Below, piece after piece: positions 36,288 to 43,775 of a stretch of DNA of 64,000 nucleotides. How positions within the stretch are numbered: the first letter of the stretch is position 1; every line of letters begins with the position of its first letter. The notes under the pieces are model-generated. The model saw only the letters and a program-made list of their open reading frames with translations, was not told where the DNA came from and made no database searches. Both the position numbers and the translations under genes were made by a program. The stretch lies in the IMG/VR virus record IMGVR_UViG_3300025133_000023. One strand, 5' to 3'. The stretch comes from a virus.

Positions 36288-37252
36288 AGACTGGTAGCTC
36301 CTTTAATTCTGTATTTACGCAAAAAGATCTTCATCATAGCTGAGATGACATGAGGCTTTACGTGACGATTATCATCTGTAAAGGGATCTTTGATTGCTTG
36401 GGTAATAATGTCATACGATTCAAAATATGTTGTGTTGTTATAGCTTTGACAAAAATATTCAGCAGCGGTGCGTAACGTACACTTACTGAGCCCATTAGCC
36501 ACCCAGGTATTAACGTTACGGCGGAAAGTTGCATGTAGAGGAACAGGACTTACACTCAAAATAATCTGAGCTGAAGGGTTGTGCTCTTTAAGGAGCTCAC
36601 GACACCGATTGAGATCACCCAAAACTTCATCAACCGTTTGAATATGGAACTCATGTATTTTTGGATCATAAAGCCCTATGCTAACTGGAGGCATAAGACT
36701 AAAAGTAGAGTGATCTCTCGAATCCCTCCAAGTTTCCGTTAGTCCTAGGGTAAGAATAACTACCTTAGCTGTTGTAAGGGCCTTTCTAGAGGCACTAACA
36801 TGTTTTTGGAAGTCAATCTCTTTAGACTCCCAGTCATAGTATGAGTACTCTCTAAAAGGATCAATAGCCCTTTTATCAGGATGTCTCCACCAACGCTGAA
36901 CTGGATTAAAATTACCCAAAGAGTACTCAAAGATTTGTCTCATTGAAGCACTGTTGTAAACCCTATTCCATCCACAACTAGCATGGAGACAATTGTGAGG
37001 TTCAGTTATCAAATAGTTGTATTTGGCTTTGCGCAAGAAGGTTGCAATATTTCTAGCGAAACAAGACCCCATACTTGTAATTGGGGTTCGCTGATCAATT
37101 AGATGGCATCTTCCATACTTAGCAAACTGATGAATATCTATTTTCCCTGGATTAATAAGATCAGTCAACTGAAAACGACCACCAGAAAAAGGGACAAGCC
37201 TATTACTCAGCTCTGTCGTCAACCCACTCTCCTCGCTTAATTGTAGTTTCAT
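36284..37252 (-). CDS. GSCFA-domain protein (SGNH-like)
   Basis: MGSCFARNI, LTLGLTETW, LSVSPVPL, SKCTLR and DNRHV. Confidence 0.88.
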   Translation of the reverse strand: MKLQLSEESGLTTELSNRLVPFSGGRFQLTDLINPGKIDIHQFAKYGRCHLIDQRTPITSMGSCFARNIATFLRKAKYNYLITEPHNCLHASCGWNRVYNSASMRQIFEYSLGNFNPVQRWWRHPDKRAIDPFREYSYYDWESKEIDFQKHVSASRKALTTAKVVILTLGLTETWRDSRDHSTFSLMPPVSIGLYDPKIHEFHIQTVDEVLGDLNRCRELLKEHNPSAQIILSVSPVPLHATFRRNVNTWVANGLSKCTLRTAAEYFCQSYNNTTYFESYDIITQAIKDPFTDDNRHVKPHVISAMMKIFLRKYRIKGATSL

Positions 37253-37955
37253 TTGATTGTCGAATTAGCTCAGTTAGCATTGTTGCTGTTAGCTGGTCTA
37301 GCAGTGGAAGGTTCTGCATAATGCAGTGTCCGCCAATAACACCAGGGAACTTATTCTGAATATCATAATCGCTAGCTTGAAGCTTCCAAATCTGACTAAC
37401 AAAGTCATAGTCCGCCTGTGCCGTGTCGCATAGTTGTTGAGCCATTTGAGTCCAGGCAATGAGGTACCCAACCAAAGTTGTTTGGAGGATCTTAGCTAGC
37501 TCTGCGTTCTCTGGTTTGTTACCCATCCATCGTGGCTTAAACCCAGCAGCACTTAGCTTAGCCATAAGGTCAGGCTTAAAGTGGGTTCCACTAATGAACT
37601 TAGGATACTTGAGCATGTCCGAAGTCATCTGATCATTAGCATGCTTTCCTAGTACTGGGGAATGGTATACGAAAGACTGGGTCTGTTCCTGAATACGACG
37701 CGTAGTTCCAACGGGAACAGTAGCGTGAATAACTGTATAGAGGGGGGTATAGGTTCGAATATATTCTGAAACAATATTCTCAAATCCCTTTAACTCTCCA
37801 GGGATACAGATATGCATGCAAAACACATTCTCATCCCTTTTGGGCGGATGAAAGCCCTGAGCTGGGTCGATAGCTTTTACGTCATCACAAGCAGCAGCTA
37901 GCAAATGATAAATAGGATTACCAATCTCGCCTAAACCAATAACAAGATGTTTCAT
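37203..37955 (-). CDS. UDP-sugar 6-dehydrogenase family (WbpA/WecC-like), lacking the C-terminal domain
   Basis: VIGLGEIG, TVPVGTT, AELAKILQTT and PGVIGGHCI; only 250 aa. Confidence 0.8.
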   Translation of the reverse strand: MKHLVIGLGEIGNPIYHLLAAACDDVKAIDPAQGFHPPKRDENVFCMHICIPGELKGFENIVSEYIRTYTPLYTVIHATVPVGTTRRIQEQTQSFVYHSPVLGKHANDQMTSDMLKYPKFISGTHFKPDLMAKLSAAGFKPRWMGNKPENAELAKILQTTLVGYLIAWTQMAQQLCDTAQADYDFVSQIWKLQASDYDIQNKFPGVIGGHCIMQNLPLLDQLTATMLTELIRQSNETTIKRGEWVDDRAE

Positions 37956-38590
37956 TAATAGCTCCTTCTATTGGGACGCCGACATTTCTCCCACTCTGCT
38001 TCTAGTCCAGAAATGAAACTATCATCTCCACTAGGGAGATTCCACTTCTTAAAGCTATAAGTGTTCTGGCCTAGCGGCTTGCCGGGAATATATTTAGCAA
38101 GGGGTGGAATGTCTTTAACTATTGTAGAGTTCATAGCAGTCATACTATAAGCGCCCACCGTAGTAAACTGATGAGTTATAACCCCAAGCCCAACATTGGC
38201 TGCTCGCATGATGCGAGTCCAGCCTCCTAAGCATACGTTCGTACTTAAGATAGCGTATGGCTCTAAGTAACAATCGTGACTAATATGGCAACGAGCCATG
38301 ACATAGCAATCATCCCCAATAAAGGTAAGGTCTTTCATTGGAGAGTTCACAGTCGTAAACTCCCTAATGACAATACGATCCCCAATAACAATCTTACCCG
38401 GAGATCTGTATACAGGATTAAGCTCATACTTATCACTAGAGTGCTCAGCCCATTGACCTATACTTACGTGTGGACCAATGTGACAATTTTCCCCAATGAA
38501 CGTATTGCCTTCAATAACACAATAAGGACCGATATAGGTACTTCTAGGAACACTAATATGAGGAGCAACCAAAGCAGTAGAATGAATCAT
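37955..38590 (-). CDS. Hexapeptide-repeat acyl/acetyltransferase, LpxA-like
   Basis: IHSTALV, hexapeptide repeats, IREFTTVN, CHISHDC and THQFTTVG. Confidence 0.85.
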   Translation of the reverse strand: MIHSTALVAPHISVPRSTYIGPYCVIEGNTFIGENCHIGPHVSIGQWAEHSSDKYELNPVYRSPGKIVIGDRIVIREFTTVNSPMKDLTFIGDDCYVMARCHISHDCYLEPYAILSTNVCLGGWTRIMRAANVGLGVITHQFTTVGAYSMTAMNSTIVKDIPPLAKYIPGKPLGQNTYSFKKWNLPSGDDSFISGLEAEWEKCRRPNRRSY

Positions 38591-38599
38591 AGTTTACCT

Positions 38600-40498
38600 T
38601 TAGGCTGTCAAATCTACTTCTTTTGTATCCCACCAGCGAACCATTTCAGTTACTAGGCCAAGCTGTCCTACAAATGAACCAGTCTTCTTTAAGTCTACAG
38701 TGAGGCGACCCTCTACAACTTCACCAACTTTAAGCTCCTTAGGCAATTCGTATAACCCATAGCTTGGATCAGACGCTTCCTTTCCGTTCTTACCAACAGC
38801 TCTGCTGAACCGAACATGAAGCTTATTGTCGGAAGCGTAAACTTTTCCACTATCGTTTGTAACTTTGAAATAGATATAGCGCTTAGAGCTTCTCTTGGTA
38901 ATCTTAATGATTTCGATTTTCATATAATTCTCTCCTTTAAGGATAGGCTTAGTCTCTTCTAAAATCACCAACCTATCTGGGACAGTGATATTCAGAAGGC
39001 TTTTAGCCGCTTGGTTATAGGTATTATTTTCCCGAATCCATTTCGCAGCAGCAAGCCCTACTTTATGGGCCTTGTCTTGCTCACGGTAAACCTGACGCAT
39101 CTTCTGGGCCAGAGCGGGGACATCGATCTCTGCAAATTGTCCGAAAACTTCAGACCCATTATTCTCTGCCTGAAGCCAGCCAGGAATTCTAGCATCCTGA
39201 AGACCCTTAGGATTAACCCAATAGCTTACACCCCTGATACAAATGTCTTCTAAAGCACTCCACTTACATAAAATAACTGGAAGTCCAGTAGACATTGCTT
39301 CACGGGGAGGAAGGCCGAAACCCTCCCCAGAAGAAGCAAAGACCAAACAGTCGACATTCTGCAACAAGCTTAGCATCTTAGGCTGGGATAGCCTCCCATC
39401 TATGATCTTTTCATTAGGCCTTAATCGAGGAACGTTTCCCCCAAAAGAAGTCTTAATGATAAGCTCCACATTTTTGTCTTTAGGAAACGCTGTCCGAAAA
39501 GCTTGAAGGGTAAGATCGGCGTTTTTTCTAGGACAATCCCATCGAGTATTGCTATAGAGTAAAAAGCGAAATGGTCTATCCTTAGTGAGCGATCTCTTAA
39601 GTAGTGGCCAACGTTCAGGATCAACTCCAAGGGGTGAAACCTTAATAGGTATTCTTACTCCAGAGTCTTCAAAGACAGTCTTATTAAACTCAGCAGGGAC
39701 AACAACGTAATCAAAATGAGAGTTGATTTTCTTAGGCCAATTAGAGGGAAGCTGTGTTGTTTCAAACATTGTCATCAACCCTAGCCTTAACCCTTTGGCT
39801 CTAGCAATCCTGCTCTTGGGTGCTTTATTCCAACCATTGGGAGTGTAATAAAGAAGATACTCTCTTATCGTCATGGACTGCTGCCTCTGAGACTCTTTTA
39901 CTAAACGTAATCCATCTTTACTAGCTAGTCTTATAGAGTCTGGAAAGGACTCGAAGGCATCCCAATGCATTTGTTTATCTAGACGAGCCATAGCAACAGC
40001 TAACGCTTCAGCGGAAGACCCATACCCATCACAAGGATTAAACACAGAGGTAAAGCACAGACTAATTTCCTTTTCTCGGTTCATTGGGGAGTCGGAAACC
40101 GCTTCAAGCGCCGACTCTTTGATTTTGATCTTGAATTTGTCACATAGAAACGCCAACGCCGTCTCATACCATAGTGTTCTATGAGTATCTTTGAACACAT
40201 TGCTCACCATCACTGTTGTTGAGAATCTAGAGGGTACAAACCTATTGGTAGGAATATAGGTAATGCTAAAGTTTTGCCTAATGGACTTCAGCATAAAAGG
40301 CTGGACAACAAAGACCCAAGCCATGCTTCTGTTTCCAAAAGCGACAATACACTCAACAGCTCGAGTTATAGCCTCAATCTGTTGAGCATCACTTCCGACA
40401 AAATACAGAGCAATCTTTTTCACTAGAGGGTCATCCTTTGATAGAGAGATGTGGCAATTATAGAAATACTTGGCTTCCCTAGATTCTGTAAACACCAC
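38600..40498 (-). CDS. Glycosyltransferase family 4 (GT-B) with a C-terminal Ig-like domain
   Basis: MTMFET, PLGVDP, RKNAD, FASSGEGFGLPPREAMSTGLPVI (ExxxxxxxE); C-terminal beta domain ending LVTEMVRWW. Confidence 0.88.
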   Translation of the reverse strand: MVFTESREAKYFYNCHISLSKDDPLVKKIALYFVGSDAQQIEAITRAVECIVAFGNRSMAWVFVVQPFMLKSIRQNFSITYIPTNRFVPSRFSTTVMVSNVFKDTHRTLWYETALAFLCDKFKIKIKESALEAVSDSPMNREKEISLCFTSVFNPCDGYGSSAEALAVAMARLDKQMHWDAFESFPDSIRLASKDGLRLVKESQRQQSMTIREYLLYYTPNGWNKAPKSRIARAKGLRLGLMTMFETTQLPSNWPKKINSHFDYVVVPAEFNKTVFEDSGVRIPIKVSPLGVDPERWPLLKRSLTKDRPFRFLLYSNTRWDCPRKNADLTLQAFRTAFPKDKNVELIIKTSFGGNVPRLRPNEKIIDGRLSQPKMLSLLQNVDCLVFASSGEGFGLPPREAMSTGLPVILCKWSALEDICIRGVSYWVNPKGLQDARIPGWLQAENNGSEVFGQFAEIDVPALAQKMRQVYREQDKAHKVGLAAAKWIRENNTYNQAAKSLLNITVPDRLVILEETKPILKGENYMKIEIIKITKRSSKRYIYFKVTNDSGKVYASDNKLHVRFSRAVGKNGKEASDPSYGLYELPKELKVGEVVEGRLTVDLKKTGSFVGQLGLVTEMVRWWDTKEVDLTA

Positions 40499-42219
40499 TT
40501 GATAGTCTGCTTAACTAGCTCGTTTGAATATACTTTATCGTTTTGAAGCCATTCTATTGTTTCTTCTAGGTCACTAGGGTCTACCTTAACTAGAAGACTG
40601 TCTGGAATCAAAAGCTTTGCATCACTATGAACAATACACAGTGCCCCATGGACCGCAGCTTGAGCGATTAATGTTCCATCAGTGTTCGGATCAAGGTCCA
40701 CAACAATGCCAGACATTCCCAGTAGGTTATTAATTGATGTTTCAGATTCACTACGCCAACTGGTGACATCACTAACTGTCTTCCTATCTAGTCTAATCTG
40801 ATCTCTAAAGATGGGTAAGGAAACGATCTGTGTAGGCTTCCTAACTCCAGCATCCCAAATATATTCAGCTTCTTTTGGAGTAGAGCATATGATTACATCA
40901 TAGTATTTAGCTAAGCGGAGAGCAGCCAGCTTATCCACCGGTCCCGGCACAATAGCATAAACACAATTTATGATGCCCTTAGGGGGTAGCTTAGCTTTGG
41001 GTCCAATATTGTCTGTGGAGATAATATCGATAACAATATCCTTCTTATCTATGGCAATTGCGTTTTCAAGGATTGTGTAACCAGCTTCTGTCAGTCCACG
41101 TTTTAGCCCGCGCTTAATAGCTTCAGCCCTGGGGTCTTGTCCTAAGCTGTGAAGAATAAGCTTGTTCTCAGCAAAGGCACCTTCAGGCAGTTTGTACTCA
41201 AGCTTCTTGAGGACATACTCTTGAACCTTGGCAACTGGAAGATCATTCATGCAAGCATGATTATAGCTACATCTAGCATACCAACAATACTGACATCCTA
41301 GCTCTGCAGTGACTGCAATAGCTCCAGGGTAGTGATTGATACGGGCTGCTGGATCAGTGGGCCCAAAGATAGAAACAATATTCAGTCCAAGCGCGCCAGC
41401 CAAATGTAGCATGCCACTGTCAGGGCCAACAAAAAGATCAGACTCATTAATTAACGCCGCCGCAGGCCGGAAGCCAAACTTCTCAGCCGTAGTGTTTGGC
41501 TGTCCCCAGGAATCGGCCCGTCCATTAAAGTCATCAATGATAATTCTCACATCAGGTCGGAAGGCTGTTATCTGGTTAATCAGCTGGGTAGTTTTATCCA
41601 CAGGCCAAGAACGCCTATGGTCGACTGAAGCTACAGAGAGGAAGATAAGCTTATAGCTATCTCTTTCTCCCCACTTTTGCTCTAGCCATTTCTGCGCCCA
41701 TTCTACCTCATCAACCTTGGGTTTGTAAATAGGAGAATACTGTCTTAGCTGAATTCCTACGTACTTGGCAAACAGGTCAATACGATTGATGGGAGGATTA
41801 GATGTCTTCTCATAGGAAGGACAAACACTAGTCACATCAGCAAAGTAATCATAAATCCCTGGATCAATTGTCCGGAAATCTACAATTGTATCAATGTCTG
41901 GATTGTTTTCTACCACCCTAAAAAGGGTAGGGTCTGTAGCATAAGTAATAATACAATTCGGATACTCTTGACGGATAGCCCTAACGGTTGGGGTTGTCAT
42001 AAGAACATCACCCAATCCACCCAGCTTACGTTGAATACAAATTTGAAGAGCTGCTTCCTTATTTTCAAAGGAAAACTTTGAGTGGGCTCTGATGAGTTCA
42101 TGCTGAGCACGAAACTTAGTCCGAGTAAAGCCACCCGGAACTCTCGACACAGGAGCTCGACTCTTAGGCTTAAGAGTTCGTGATCCCCGCGAAGAATTCT
42201 TGCGGAAAATATTGGGCAT
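40423..42219 (-). CDS. Glycosyltransferase family 9 (heptosyltransferase-like) fused to a degenerate second domain
   Basis: GGLGDVLMTTP, RSWP, FVGPDSGMLHLAGAL, IFGPTDP and CWYARC...CM. Confidence 0.9.
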   Translation of the reverse strand: MPNIFRKNSSRGSRTLKPKSRAPVSRVPGGFTRTKFRAQHELIRAHSKFSFENKEAALQICIQRKLGGLGDVLMTTPTVRAIRQEYPNCIITYATDPTLFRVVENNPDIDTIVDFRTIDPGIYDYFADVTSVCPSYEKTSNPPINRIDLFAKYVGIQLRQYSPIYKPKVDEVEWAQKWLEQKWGERDSYKLIFLSVASVDHRRSWPVDKTTQLINQITAFRPDVRIIIDDFNGRADSWGQPNTTAEKFGFRPAAALINESDLFVGPDSGMLHLAGALGLNIVSIFGPTDPAARINHYPGAIAVTAELGCQYCWYARCSYNHACMNDLPVAKVQEYVLKKLEYKLPEGAFAENKLILHSLGQDPRAEAIKRGLKRGLTEAGYTILENAIAIDKKDIVIDIISTDNIGPKAKLPPKGIINCVYAIVPGPVDKLAALRLAKYYDVIICSTPKEAEYIWDAGVRKPTQIVSLPIFRDQIRLDRKTVSDVTSWRSESETSINNLLGMSGIVVDLDPNTDGTLIAQAAVHGALCIVHSDAKLLIPDSLLVKVDPSDLEETIEWLQNDKVYSNELVKQTIKWCLQNLGKPSISIIATSLYQRMTL

Positions 42220-42245
42220 TCATTGCCTCCGATTTTACTTAAAGA

Positions 42246-43772
42246 TTACCAGGTCCAATTAAGGCCTAGCCCAAGGAAGAGAGCATCGTCTGTGTAGGTG
42301 TCTGCAGCGTCTGTAGCTGCGAGGCGACTTATCTTAATATTAATAAGACCAAGGCCACTGACTCCATTCTCAAGCGTTTGAGTAGCGTATTCAAAGTTCT
42401 GCACATCGTCAGCATTGGCGATGGTGAAGACATTGCTTTCTGCCAACCCCCAAGTGCCAGCAAAGGTTTCAGCATCCCCTACCACATCCACATCAGTACC
42501 AGCTAAACCATAGTGTAGATAGAACGCAGCGCCACTGCCACCACCCGGAACGGAGGTTCCCATTACATAAATGGTCGCCTGAACGGTAGCAGGCAAAGTC
42601 CCATCCTCTCGACGGGGGACTTCGATTACCAGAGATGCATACTCATCATCCATACCATCATAGGCAAGAACAATAGCTGCAAAAGCAGCAGCTCCTGCCC
42701 CTTTGATAAGGCTAAGAGTCTCTGGAGTAGTAGCCACATGGGCATTAAACTCACGAGGATGCAACCACGAATGAGTTCTAGTCTGCTTAAGCCCAGAAGC
42801 ACTCTTAGTAAGAGTATCTCCGTCAAGCTCAAGCTGAAACTCGGTTCCCACAAGCTCAAGCCCATCTCCATCAGCAGTATAGGTAGTACCTGAAGCAACC
42901 CTGGGCTCCCATTCAGAACTGACGTTGTTATAGGTGAGAACAAAATCAGCAGTGGGGGCTGCCCCACTAATAGCAACACCCTGAAGAGCACGAGCATTCC
43001 ACCAGTTACCATTATTAAAGGCCGTAATTCCATTAGCACTTTTACTAAGAACAGTGTCACCTGTGGTATCAATCTCCAAAGAAAACTGAGTACCAGTAAG
43101 CTCAATGCCCAGGCCATCGGCTGTGTAGGAAGCAGAGGCTGTCATGGCTGCATCCAATGCACTGATAGCTGCCTCAAGGCTAGTGTTCTGGGTGATGTGG
43201 ACAGTAGAGCTATAGTCAGGAGTACTATCGCCTACCCCGTCACTACCGATGAAGGCTCGAATAGCATCAAGCTGAGCATCCATTGAGCCTGGGCCAGACG
43301 TTAGGGTAGCATCAAATGCCTTTAACCCAATGTAGGCCTTGGTATAGTCTGAGATGGGGTCATTATTAATCTGGAAAAATGCCTGATTAATGGCAGTGAT
43401 AGAGGCATCTAGCTGACCAGCCAGCTTTAAGATCGTTTCCTTGATGGTGAGTTTTCTACCACCGTCCCAGAAGAGCACACTGCTCTTATTGGTTGCAGTG
43501 TTGTCAGTCCAAACCTGGTCACCGCTAAGACCATTTTTAATAGCATCAAGAGCATCCCCAATTGGAGTATCTGTTGCATTGTCTGCATCAAGAATACCAA
43601 GTGGTAGCTGAGCAATCAAAGGCCTTAAGGTATTGTTATAGACCGACTGCAGCTCTTGTATATCACGGGAAAGCTCATTAAAGGTTGAGTTAATACGCTT
43701 TACGCTAAACCCACCACCTTCGGGGGTTTTACGTGACCTTGTGCGTGAAACAATAATTGGGACAGTAGACAT
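42246..43772 (-). CDS. Tail fibre / fibre-like structural protein
   Basis: N-terminal coiled coil, A/G/T-rich shaft with an internal repeat and a beta-rich C-terminal head; lies downstream of the tail genes. Confidence 0.6.
   Translation of the reverse strand: MSTVPIIVSRTRSRKTPEGGGFSVKRINSTFNELSRDIQELQSVYNNTLRPLIAQLPLGILDADNATDTPIGDALDAIKNGLSGDQVWTDNTATNKSSVLFWDGGRKLTIKETILKLAGQLDASITAINQAFFQINNDPISDYTKAYIGLKAFDATLTSGPGSMDAQLDAIRAFIGSDGVGDSTPDYSSTVHITQNTSLEAAISALDAAMTASASYTADGLGIELTGTQFSLEIDTTGDTVLSKSANGITAFNNGNWWNARALQGVAISGAAPTADFVLTYNNVSSEWEPRVASGTTYTADGDGLELVGTEFQLELDGDTLTKSASGLKQTRTHSWLHPREFNAHVATTPETLSLIKGAGAAAFAAIVLAYDGMDDEYASLVIEVPRREDGTLPATVQATIYVMGTSVPGGGSGAAFYLHYGLAGTDVDVVGDAETFAGTWGLAESNVFTIANADDVQNFEYATQTLENGVSGLGLINIKISRLAATDAADTYTDDALFLGLGLNWTW
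42788..43127 (-). repeat. Two protein-level repeats in the fibre gene
   Basis: YTADGLGIELTGTQFSLEID..GDTVLSKSANGI and YTADGDGLELVGTEFQLELDGDTLTKSASGL; boundaries approximate. Confidence 0.8.
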
Positions 43773-43775
43773 AGA

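Noticed and set aside
38600-42219. A bacterial chromosomal LPS locus rather than phage genes
   Set aside because: The block is seamlessly coupled to tail genes on one side and to tubulin and holin-like genes on the other, with no flippase, polymerase, ligase or integration boundary visible.
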